Assembly: GCA_934718275.1 (NCBI GenBank)
Contig: CAKUZD010000002.1
Span: forward strand, 217,858-281,857
Direction of reading: 5' to 3'
From: an uncultured Candidatus Melainabacteria bacterium
GTDB taxonomy: Bacteria; Cyanobacteriota; Vampirovibrionia; Gastranaerophilales; Gastranaerophilaceae
Length of the DNA: 64,000 nucleotides
Shown in pieces: positions 8,143-16,693 of the stretch; within the stretch, counting starts at the first letter, position 1, and each line of letters begins with the position of its first letter. Under the pieces are notes generated by a model. The model did no database searches. It saw only the letters and a list, made by a program, of their open reading frames with translations, and was not told the DNA's origin. Both the position numbers and the translations under genes were made by a program.

Positions 8143-9675
8143 ATGTCTAGCAATATTTCAGTAAATTCATTCTATAATTACTGGCAAAATATTCCGGCTT
8201 ACTTAGCTCTTGGTAACAGAGCCAGCAGTATAACAGGTTTAGGTGGTAAGGAAGAAACTAGATATTTTACACTTCCTACAGGTTATCCTGATAGCACTTA
8301 TACATTGGCTTCTCAAGAGTCAATTAACAATCCGAATGGTTTGAGTCAATGGAATCCTTTAATGGTTGGTATTGATTTGACACAAGGTATGTCTACAAAT
8401 CCTGCATTAATTGAAGCAGGCAATAAATTAGCTTATAATTCAGGTTTTTCTAAAGGGTTGGCATTAAGATTGTCTTCTTCTGTTGCAGCTCTTTCAAATA
8501 TGGAAGCTCAAATTGAAGCAACTGTGAAATCTGACCAATTGACAGATGCTCAAAAACAAAGATTACAATCTTTGCTTGATCAAGTTAAAGCATTGAAAGA
8601 CAAAGTCGCAAAGATTGCTGAAGCAGGTGACTTAAAACTTGAAGATGTTGAAGCTATTCAGGGACAAATTATTGCTTTGACTAAAAAAGCAAGTGAAGTT
8701 GCTAAAGAAATAGCTAAAGAAGTTCAAGACAAAGCTGATAAAAAATCTGATGCAGCAGATAACGCTGATGATGCAGGCAAAGCAGATGATGCTGAAGGTG
8801 CTAGCGATGCAGACGATGCAGATAAAAAATCAGAAACCGGTAAAATTGATGAAAAAACCGAAGCAGGTAAAAAACAAAAAGAATTGAATAAAAAAGCAGT
8901 AAATATTTGCCAAGATATTTATACAGGCACTGTTGGTTCATCTTTCAGAGCTAGTTATGGAAAAATAAACAGTGGTGTAAGCCAAATTAATAAAGAAAAT
9001 GTTGCTACTGTTTTGAATACTTGGGATAAACAATATGCTAAAAACGGAAAAGGCTTGGTAGAAACATTATTCGATCAAGAATGGTGTTGGAATGATTCTC
9101 TTGATAAAAATGCAAGACCGGGAGAAAAAATTGCAAACCCTGGCAAAAGTAACGTGAACGTTATTTGGAATATTGTAGCAACTCTTGATCAAAGAGCTCA
9201 AGAATTAGGTATTAAAGAAGACTTAGCAGGTCAATTTGCAGTTGCTTATGATGAATTAGACGATACATTTGTAGACCAAAAAGCTGTTCAAGAAGCTGTT
9301 GCAAATATTCAAAAAGCAGTAACTGAAGCTGAAAATGAAAAAGCAGCTAAATCTGCAAAAGAAGAAACTGATGGCAAAGCAAAAGCAGATGCAGCAAACA
9401 AAAAAGCTGAAGCAGATAAGAAAAAAGCTGAAGAAAATGCAAAGAAAGAAAAAGAAGCTAAAACTTTGTTCTTGAGTGATATGCGTGAAGTTTTAAAAGA
9501 CGATAACGCAGAAATTTCAGACAAAGTAAAATATAAAGATGGTAATTTTGTTGTAAGAATTGACGGTATTGAATACGAAGGTGCTAACTACGTAGAATTA
9601 GCAAGAGCTATTAAAAATGCAGGTTATAAACCGGAACAATACTTGAAAAAATCAAAAGTAAACCAAAAAGCTTAA
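8143..9675 (+). CDS. hypothetical protein with acidic D/A/K repeats and K/E/A-rich coiled-coil-like tail
   Basis: 510-aa ORF with AAAGGGGA RBS. Low-complexity stretches ADKKSDAADNADDAGKADDAEGASDADDADKK and KAKADAANKKAEADKKKAEENAKKEKEAK. No signal peptide seen. Confidence 0.7.
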   Translation: MSSNISVNSFYNYWQNIPAYLALGNRASSITGLGGKEETRYFTLPTGYPDSTYTLASQESINNPNGLSQWNPLMVGIDLTQGMSTNPALIEAGNKLAYNSGFSKGLALRLSSSVAALSNMEAQIEATVKSDQLTDAQKQRLQSLLDQVKALKDKVAKIAEAGDLKLEDVEAIQGQIIALTKKASEVAKEIAKEVQDKADKKSDAADNADDAGKADDAEGASDADDADKKSETGKIDEKTEAGKKQKELNKKAVNICQDIYTGTVGSSFRASYGKINSGVSQINKENVATVLNTWDKQYAKNGKGLVETLFDQEWCWNDSLDKNARPGEKIANPGKSNVNVIWNIVATLDQRAQELGIKEDLAGQFAVAYDELDDTFVDQKAVQEAVANIQKAVTEAENEKAAKSAKEETDGKAKADAANKKAEADKKKAEENAKKEKEAKTLFLSDMREVLKDDNAEISDKVKYKDGNFVVRIDGIEYEGANYVELARAIKNAGYKPEQYLKKSKVNQKA

Positions 9676-9743
9676 AAAGATTTAATTAATGATTCCTCAT
9701 ATTTGGTAGAAAAGTAGAAATAGTAGGTTAATGTGTGAAATTT

Positions 9744-9768
9744 AGCTCCCTAAATGGGAGCTTTTTAT
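9744..9768 (+). terminator. rho-independent terminator after 8143-9675
   Basis: agctccc-taaat-gggagct stem followed by a T run. Confidence 0.7.
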
Positions 9769-9830
9769 TTAGTTGAATAAGTGTTTATGTTTTCAAATAA
9801 AAAAAGACTTTCTGTAGAAAGTCTTTTAAT

Positions 9831-9906
<76 letters not shown>

Positions 9907-9955
9907 ATATTGGGTACTCCTTTATTATATATACTAAAATTTTATTGTCAATAAT

Positions 9956-10174
9956 TTATTCAATTTCTTTGAAAAAATCTTGAATGTTTACGTGTAAGAT
10001 TTTTGATAATTTAAAAATAACTAGAGCACTGGGAATAATAATTCCTCGTTCTAATTTCCCGACATAATTTACACTCATATCAAGCAACTCTGCAAGCTCG
10101 TCTTGCGTATAATGCCTGCGTAGTCTTTCGGCTCTTATATTGGCTCCTAATATATAACCAAAATCGTTTTTCAT
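9956..10174 (-). CDS. XRE-family helix-turn-helix transcriptional regulator (72 aa)
   Basis: LGANIRAERLRRHYTQDELAELLDMSVNYVGKLERG is a classic HTH_3/Cro-C1 pattern. Confidence 0.85.
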   Translation of the reverse strand: MKNDFGYILGANIRAERLRRHYTQDELAELLDMSVNYVGKLERGIIIPSALVIFKLSKILHVNIQDFFKEIE

Positions 10175-10191
10175 ATAACAATTTTATATTA

Positions 10192-10220
10192 TTGACAAAG
10201 TTCGTCAAAGAGATTATAAT
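10192..10220 (+). promoter_or_regulatory. consensus sigma70-type promoter for the pilin-like gene, -35 embedded in an imperfect palindrome
   Basis: TTGACA (10192-10197), 17-nt spacer, TATAAT (10215-10220). ttgacaaa-g-ttcgtcaa (10192-10208) has 7/8 inverted arms. Confidence 0.55.
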
Positions 10221-10282
10221 AACTATAATCTTTACTATAGTAATGATTTAATGTATTATTATATATAATTTGGAGTGATTTA

Positions 10283-11011
10283 ATGAAAAAAGCTTTTACT
10301 TTTGCTGAAACTTTAATTACAATAGGTATTATTGGGGTTGTTGCAGTTATGACAATGCCGGTTATTGTGCAAAACTATAGAGCTAAAGTATTAGAAACTG
10401 CATTCAAAAAAAGTACAAGCGCATTATATCAAGCATTTGAACTTACAAAACAAGAATTAGGAACAGATGATATATATCAATATTATGTTGTGTATGATGA
10501 AATGGCAAATACTTACTTAAATGCTCATGAATTCGAAGCTGTATTTGAAAAGAACTTGAAAGTAGTTAGTCAATATAAATCTTCTTTTTATCCAATATAT
10601 AATTATAATAAATCTAAATTGATAACTGCTAATATCGGAAACGATTATCCAAATGCTACCAAAATTCTTGCAGATGGTAGCTCTTATGGAATTCATACTA
10701 ATTCTGATACGAATAGGATTGCAATACATGTATATATTGATACAAATGGGCCGTATAAAAAACCAAATCAATATGGGCATGATATATTCCAATTTCAAAT
10801 ACGTAAAGATAACAAGCTAACTCCGGTTAAAATGACTAAAAGTTATTCAGAAGGAGATTATGAAAGTGGCTCTCCGGTGATGGAATTAAAGGGTTATCCT
10901 TGTTCAACAAAAAATAAACAAGCTTCAAATGGAGCAGGGTGCGCATATTATGCCTTAAATAATATAAATCCTGATGACAATACAAAAAAATATTGGCAAA
11001 ATTTACCTTAA
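10283..11011 (+). CDS. prepilin-type N-terminal cleavage/methylation domain protein (type IV pilin / pseudopilin-like)
   Basis: MKKAFTFAETLITIGIIGVVAVMTMP N-terminus. C-terminal motif DTNGPYKKPNQYGHDIFQFQI is shared with the other two pilin-like ORFs. Confidence 0.85.
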   Translation: MKKAFTFAETLITIGIIGVVAVMTMPVIVQNYRAKVLETAFKKSTSALYQAFELTKQELGTDDIYQYYVVYDEMANTYLNAHEFEAVFEKNLKVVSQYKSSFYPIYNYNKSKLITANIGNDYPNATKILADGSSYGIHTNSDTNRIAIHVYIDTNGPYKKPNQYGHDIFQFQIRKDNKLTPVKMTKSYSEGDYESGSPVMELKGYPCSTKNKQASNGAGCAYYALNNINPDDNTKKYWQNLP

Positions 11012-11730
11012 TAAATAAAAGGACTTTTTTCTTTTGCCCTGATAACTTCGACATTATTGTCCAGTAATTTTTCAAAAACATCTAAAATCATTATTTCACT
11101 TTCGAAGTGGCCAATGTCAAAAACAATTATTGGGCTGTCTAGTGCTGTGTGGAATTTTAAATCTCCCGTAACAAATGCCTCAGCACCATTTTCATAGGCA
11201 TCATTAATAAATTCGGTTCCGCTTCCTGCACAAAAAGCAATCTTATGCAATTCAAGGATTTTTTTATTATTAACATATTTCAGGTGTGGTGAAATTGTTT
11301 TAAGTTTTTCTACAAAATCTTGTAGTAGTATTTGATGTTTTACAAATCTAACAAAACCATTATCGGAATTTTCAATCTCAAAATTTTTATCGGAAAAAAT
11401 TTTTTTAATTAATGTATCCGTTGTTCCACCTTGAGTTCTGTCCATATTTGTATGCGCACAATAAATATCAAGAGATTTTTGTTTTCTATTAAAAGATTGG
11501 TTGAGATGGTAGTTTAACGGTACCAAAAATAATGGATGATGAGAAATAATCATGTCACAATTTTTTTCTATAGCCTGTTTTACAACATCATTTGTAACAG
11601 TTAAGCAGAGCATAACTTTTTGAATATTTTCATTATCTGTCTCTACTAACCAACCGGAACAATCCCATTTCTCCGCAAGTTCCAGCGGTGCAAATTCTTC
11701 TATTTTTTTTGTTATTTCGTATTTGTTCAT
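11008..11730 (-). CDS. NIF3-family dinuclear metal centre protein (YbgI/GTP cyclohydrolase 1 type 2 homolog)
   Basis: N-terminal APLELAEKWDCSGW, ISHHPLF, AHTNMD and C-terminal GDLKFH motifs. Confidence 0.85.
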   Translation of the reverse strand: MNKYEITKKIEEFAPLELAEKWDCSGWLVETDNENIQKVMLCLTVTNDVVKQAIEKNCDMIISHHPLFLVPLNYHLNQSFNRKQKSLDIYCAHTNMDRTQGGTTDTLIKKIFSDKNFEIENSDNGFVRFVKHQILLQDFVEKLKTISPHLKYVNNKKILELHKIAFCAGSGTEFINDAYENGAEAFVTGDLKFHTALDSPIIVFDIGHFESEIMILDVFEKLLDNNVEVIRAKEKSPFIY

Positions 11731-11801
11731 TATTCAAACTACTCACTCGTCACTATTTATTGTAACCAAGAATTGTGTCTTTCGTAATTAAAAAAAGATT
11801 A

Positions 11802-12977
11802 TTACAGATTAATATAATTGAATATCTCTTTCGCAATTGTTTTTTTGCAGGCTTTTTCAAGTTTTTTCATATCCCCATTTTTACTAAGAATTGTAACTTC
11901 ATTATAATCACTTGAAAAACCTATGTCTTTTCTTGAAATATCATTTGCAATTAAGTAATCACAACCTTTTTTAGTAATTTTTTCTTTAGCATTTTCCAGT
12001 AAGTTTTCACTTTCTGCGCAAAAACCAATGATTAAAGGATTTGCTTTGGCAGTTTTTCGTTTAGAACATAATTCTTTCAAAATATCAGGATTTTTAACAA
12101 GAGTTAGAGTAATTTCATCAGTAGAAGTTTTTTTCATTTTTTGTGATGCACGCTCTTTAACTCTATAGTCTGCAACTGCAGCTGCCATAATTATACAATT
12201 GGCAGACTCAAATTCATTTTCAATTGCTTTTTTCATATCCTGAGCAGATTTTACTTTTATAACATTATATTTTCTTTCAACGTTACAAGTTGTAATCAAT
12301 GTTACATCCGCACCGAGGTTTTTTGCTGTATCTGCAAGTGCTAAGCCCATTTTCCCTGAAGAATAATTTGATATATATCTTACCGGGTCTATTTCTTCTA
12401 TTGTGCCTCCGGAAGTTATAACCACTTTTTTCCCTGCTAATTTTTTGCAATTTAATATTTCTACAGTTTTATCAAAAATTTTATCTAATGAACAAAGTCT
12501 ACCTTTTCCTTCGTAACCACAAGCTAAATAACCGTTTTCCGGTTCTAAAATTTCAACATTTAATTTATTTAAATTCTGTTGAACAATAGGGTTTTCCCAC
12601 ATATTGCAATTCATGGCAGGAGCTATAATAATAGGTTTTGTAAACGCACAAGCAATAGACGTTAAAAGGTTATCACAAATACCTGTTGCAATTTTGGAAA
12701 TTGTATTTGCAGTCGCAGGGGCAATAACCATTATATCTGCTCTGTCTGCATAAGAGATATGTTCTGGGTTATGTTTTTCAACATTGAATTCTTCAATAGC
12801 GACCGGATTTTTACTTAAGTTCTCAAGAGTTAATTTGGTTACAAAATTTAAAGCATTATTGGTGCAAACAACTAACACTTCTGCGTTTGCACGTTTATAC
12901 ATACGAATCAGTTCACAAATTTTATATGCGGCAATTCCTCCTGTTATGCCTATAAGGATTGTTTTCCCACTAAGCAT
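11802..12977 (-). CDS. coaBC: bifunctional phosphopantothenoylcysteine decarboxylase / phosphopantothenate-cysteine ligase
   Basis: MLSGKTILIGITGGIAAYK flavoprotein N-terminus and NYSSGKMG ligase motif. The ORF is open to 12998, but ATG 12977 matches the Dfp N-terminus best. Confidence 0.9.
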   Translation of the reverse strand: MLSGKTILIGITGGIAAYKICELIRMYKRANAEVLVVCTNNALNFVTKLTLENLSKNPVAIEEFNVEKHNPEHISYADRADIMVIAPATANTISKIATGICDNLLTSIACAFTKPIIIAPAMNCNMWENPIVQQNLNKLNVEILEPENGYLACGYEGKGRLCSLDKIFDKTVEILNCKKLAGKKVVITSGGTIEEIDPVRYISNYSSGKMGLALADTAKNLGADVTLITTCNVERKYNVIKVKSAQDMKKAIENEFESANCIIMAAAVADYRVKERASQKMKKTSTDEITLTLVKNPDILKELCSKRKTAKANPLIIGFCAESENLLENAKEKITKKGCDYLIANDISRKDIGFSSDYNEVTILSKNGDMKKLEKACKKTIAKEIFNYINL

Positions 12978-13548
12978 TTTTATGCTCCTTTTCAACAATT
13001 CCTTTTAATTCGGAAATTGCACGTTGCAAATCATCATTCACAATTTTATAGTCAAAAACTTCTGCTCTATCAAGCTCCTGTTTTACTTCGTTCATTCGTT
13101 TTTGGATGGTTTCTTCATCTTCGGTATGGCGGCCTCTTAATCTATTTTCCAAAGTTTCGAGTGATGGAGGGCATATAAATATCAAAACAGCTTCGGGCAT
13201 TTGTTTTTTGACTTGGAGTGCTCCTTTAGTATCAATTTCCAAAATAACATTTTTACCTTCATTTAAGCATTTTTCGATAAATTTTTTCTTAGTACCATAC
13301 CTGTTGCCGGCAAATTCAGCCCATTCTAAAAATTTTTCATCATCAATGCATTGTTGGAATTCTTCTTTTGTTAAAAAGAAATAATTTATTCCATCAATTT
13401 CACCTTCTCTAGGAAGTCTGGTTGTACAAGAAACAGACAACATAAACTCCGGATTTCTGTCTAAAAAACCTTTTAAAACTGTGCCTTTTCCTACACCTGA
13501 CGAGCCTGATATTACAAATAATTTTTTATTCATAGAAATATTATACAA
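12970..13548 (-). CDS. gmk: guanylate kinase
   Basis: P-loop GSSGVGKGT, then TTRLPREGE and NYFF. Alternative start at 13533. Confidence 0.9.
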   Translation of the reverse strand: MYNISMNKKLFVISGSSGVGKGTVLKGFLDRNPEFMLSVSCTTRLPREGEIDGINYFFLTKEEFQQCIDDEKFLEWAEFAGNRYGTKKKFIEKCLNEGKNVILEIDTKGALQVKKQMPEAVLIFICPPSLETLENRLRGRHTEDEETIQKRMNEVKQELDRAEVFDYKIVNDDLQRAISELKGIVEKEHKNA

Positions 13549-13568
13549 TGAACAAAATTTTCTGTACT

Positions 13569-13601
13569 AAAAAAGAACGGTTTAAAACCGTTCTTTTTTT
13601 T
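13569..13601 (-). terminator. bidirectional rho-independent terminator downstream of the MFS gene
   Basis: A run, agaacggtt-taa-aaccgttct stem, then a T run. Confidence 0.75.
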
Positions 13602-13617
13602 AGTAAATCTTATAAAT

Positions 13618-15036
13618 TTATGCCTTTTTGGAATCTTTTTTGTATTCATCAATTGCAAGTATAGAGCAAATGATTAAACAAATTACACCGGAAGCTAACC
13701 AAAAATAAATAGCTCCATCCCAATTTTGGTTGCCATTAGAGCCTAATTTATCAACAAGATAACCTGTGCCTGTTGCTGATAAAAACGCGCCTATATAACC
13801 AAAAGTCCCTGTAAAGCCTGATGCAGCAGATGCAACTTTTTTTGAACTGCTTTCAACTGCGCAAAGTCCGCCAATCATCATTTGCGGGCCATAAGTAAAT
13901 GCACCTAATAAACCAATGATAACGTAATTTAGGTTTGCAATTGTGTTAAATTTCAATGCAATAATTGCAAAAATTACACCGATTAAGTAAATCAAGTTAA
14001 CAGGAGCTCTTTTCCCTTTAAACAATTTGTCAGAAATCAAACCGGCACAAACAGTACCACAAATACCAACTAACGGTAATGAAGCAATCATGTTTGTTGC
14101 ATCTTGAAGTTCAATATTTTTAGCATTTTTCAAATACATAATCATCCAATCCTCTGCGCCAAATCTGATTATGTAAACGAAAACGTAAGCGATTGCAAGT
14201 AACCAAATTGTTTTATTGCATAATACATATTTTTTGAAAATTTGAACATAAGACATATTGTCTTCTTCTTTTTTGTCATTTGCAGAGCATTCTTTAACCG
14301 GTTCTTCTCTATAAACTTCAACATCAGGTAAGCCTAAAGATTGTGGTCTGTCTCTTAGTCTTTCAAACAACCATAATGCAGTGATTATGGCTAACGCTCC
14401 GGGAACTAAGAAGGCTGCACGCCATCCAAAATGAGCTGCAATATGTCCTGCTAAAATGAAACTTAGAAAAGTACCTGTTTGGTGAGAACAAGACCATAAT
14501 GACCACTTTGTTCCACGTTCTGAGTTTGAATACCAATATGTTAAGCTTTTTGCAACAGCGGGGAAGCCTGCCGATTGAAACCAACCGCTAACGCCCCACA
14601 AAAACGCCAATACCCATAGTAAAATCATAGCTGTCATTTTAGGGTTTAAACCTAGCATATTAACTACATTTGGAGCAAGTGCAAATAAAATGTTAGCAAT
14701 AGCTGTCATCAATAATGCTGTCGGGAAAAATTTTCTAACATCAGAACCGTCTGCCAATACACCATTGACAAATTTACCAATACCATAGGTTAAATATAAT
14801 GAGCTTCCCAATAAGCCTAATTCTGTTGCAGAATAGCCGAATTCATCCATAATTCCCGGTAATGCAACTGCGATATTTTTTTTACATAAATAAAATACTG
14901 TGTATCCGATAAAACAAGCATAAAATATTCTCAATCTCCAATGAGAATACATATTTTTTACTTTTTCGGGGTCTTGAATTGTCTCCTTAATTGGAGGTTC
15001 TTTAAAAAATTGTGCAAAATTTCCTAACATATCCAT
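13618..15036 (-). CDS. MFS organophosphate:phosphate antiporter (GlpT/UhpC family)
   Basis: WRLRIFYACFIGYTVFYLCKKNIAVALP and LTYGIGKFVNGVLADGSDVRKFF parallel the GlpT N-terminus. About 12 hydrophobic segments. Confidence 0.85.
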   Translation of the reverse strand: MDMLGNFAQFFKEPPIKETIQDPEKVKNMYSHWRLRIFYACFIGYTVFYLCKKNIAVALPGIMDEFGYSATELGLLGSSLYLTYGIGKFVNGVLADGSDVRKFFPTALLMTAIANILFALAPNVVNMLGLNPKMTAMILLWVLAFLWGVSGWFQSAGFPAVAKSLTYWYSNSERGTKWSLWSCSHQTGTFLSFILAGHIAAHFGWRAAFLVPGALAIITALWLFERLRDRPQSLGLPDVEVYREEPVKECSANDKKEEDNMSYVQIFKKYVLCNKTIWLLAIAYVFVYIIRFGAEDWMIMYLKNAKNIELQDATNMIASLPLVGICGTVCAGLISDKLFKGKRAPVNLIYLIGVIFAIIALKFNTIANLNYVIIGLLGAFTYGPQMMIGGLCAVESSSKKVASAASGFTGTFGYIGAFLSATGTGYLVDKLGSNGNQNWDGAIYFWLASGVICLIICSILAIDEYKKDSKKA

Positions 15037-15046
15037 TTCCTATTTT

Positions 15047-15964
15047 CTATTTTCCTGCTTTTATAATTTGTATATTTCTTGTTTCATTAAGTTCGTGGCG
15101 TGCTTCTTTGATTAATTCTCTTTTTTCTTCATCCAGTCTGCAACCGCCAACCAATCTATCTATAAAACCTGTATTAAGTTTCACGGCTTTATCAAAAGCT
15201 CCAACTTCTTCCAAAACATCTTTAATTTGGTGCAAATCATATCCAAAAGATTGTTTTGAATTATAAACCAGAGTTTCACCTGTTTGAGAAATAATAGGCT
15301 CTCCACCTTGTTCAAAATATAATTTGAATACGGATTTTAAGTCCTGTAATTCTGATTGTAATGTCGTAACGGTCTGTTGAATTCTTAAAAATCTTTCAAA
15401 TAAGTATTCAACATTGTCCAACTGTTTAACTTCCCAATCATATTTTTGGAAATATAATTTTTTCAGTTTTGGATAAGCCGAAGCTAATCCCATTGTGTCA
15501 GCCATGGCTCTATGATGATTTTTTAATTCAACATGGAATTTTTCAGTCAAGGCATCCAAGCCATGCGAAAATAAATCAGGGTAAACTTCTTTAAACATTT
15601 GTTGGGAGTCAATCCTTGGGTTATTAAGTTCCTTCCCTGTTGTTCGCAAACTTGCTTCATTCAAAAAAGAATAATCAAAAATACAGTTGTGGGCAACAAT
15701 TGGGTATTCTCCAATAAATTCAAGTATTTTTGGCATAGCTTCTGCTTCTGTAGGAGCATCTGCTACCATGTCAGGAGTAATGCCATGTATTGCAATACTT
15801 GATTTCCTAATATGTTGCTCCGGATTAATCAGGGTTTGAAATTCATCCTTAATTTTCCCATTTTCAAGTCTTACGGCTGCAAATTCAACCATCTTTTCTT
15901 TTGTGTAATCTAATCCTGTAGTTTCCGTGTCAAGAACAATTTCTATTACTTTTTTTCTTCCCAT
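15047..15964 (-). CDS. DnaQ/DEDD-type 3'-5' exonuclease domain protein with C-terminal extension
   Basis: ExoI VLDTETTGLD, ExoII AHNCIFDYSFL, ExoIII HRAMADT. Confidence 0.8.
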   Translation of the reverse strand: MGRKKVIEIVLDTETTGLDYTKEKMVEFAAVRLENGKIKDEFQTLINPEQHIRKSSIAIHGITPDMVADAPTEAEAMPKILEFIGEYPIVAHNCIFDYSFLNEASLRTTGKELNNPRIDSQQMFKEVYPDLFSHGLDALTEKFHVELKNHHRAMADTMGLASAYPKLKKLYFQKYDWEVKQLDNVEYLFERFLRIQQTVTTLQSELQDLKSVFKLYFEQGGEPIISQTGETLVYNSKQSFGYDLHQIKDVLEEVGAFDKAVKLNTGFIDRLVGGCRLDEEKRELIKEARHELNETRNIQIIKAGK

Positions 15965-16029
15965 ATTCCTATCCTATAGAGTTCTTGTTAGATAATAGCA
16001 CAAAAATAAATTATGTGGTAGGATTACAA

Positions 16030-16144
16030 GTGAGAAGTGAGAAGTGAAACGTGAAAAGACCGTTACAGATGTTATCGCACCAAAATCAATTACCGAGCAA
16101 AGCGAGCGAAATGAACTTCTCACCTTTCACTTTTCACCTCTCAC
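16030..16144. repeat. 115-bp palindromic MITE-like element with heptad arms, copy 2
   Basis: Left arm gtgagaagtgagaagtgaaacgtgaaaag (16030-16058). Right arm is inverted (16116-16144). The core ccgttacagatg... is shared with copy 1. Confidence 0.8.
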
Positions 16145-16163
16145 TAAAAAAAAGGAGATAATC

Positions 16164-16487
16164 ATGTCAAACGCTATAGAAATAAATGATTTTAATTTTG
16201 AAAAAGAGGTTTTAAACTCTGAACAACCTGTTGTTGTTGATTTTTGGGCACCTTGGTGTGGGCCATGTCGAAAACTTGCTCCTATTTTGGATGAAGTTGC
16301 TATAGAATTTTCAGGAAAAATTAAATTTGTAAAAATTAATACCGATGAAAATATTAAAACAGCTCAAGATTATGCAATAAGCGGACTTCCGAGTCTTTTG
16401 GTTTTCAAAAATGGAAAAGCTTTAGAAAGGCTTGTTGGGCTTATGCCAAAATCTACAATTATTGGAAATATTGAGAAGCATTTGTAA
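16164..16487 (+). CDS. trxA: thioredoxin
   Basis: AAGGAG RBS followed by ATG 16164. Contains WAPWCGPCRKL and GLPSLLVFKNG. The upstream part of the track ORF only reads through the repeat. Confidence 0.92.
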   Translation: MSNAIEINDFNFEKEVLNSEQPVVVDFWAPWCGPCRKLAPILDEVAIEFSGKIKFVKINTDENIKTAQDYAISGLPSLLVFKNGKALERLVGLMPKSTIIGNIEKHL

Positions 16488-16693
16488 TAAAAAACAATAT
16501 GTATTAAGGGAATATGACAATAAGTTTTTGGCACCTTTGGTAAAAGTATTCTTTTATCAAAGGTGTTTTGTTGTCTTAGGTTAAAACTAACTTAACAGCT
16601 TTATAAGAATGTAAACTTTTCTTAATAAATTCAGAAATATATTAAAGAATACTTACAAAATTGACGTTAATCCAATTAAGGAAAAGGGTCATT

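Noticed and set aside
16044-16163. N-terminal extension of the thioredoxin ORF (likewise 59591-59704 for the TPR/GT9 gene and 28724-28909 for the EamA gene)
   Set aside because: The extensions translate repeat elements. Internal ATGs with good RBS or family-typical N-termini give normal-length proteins.
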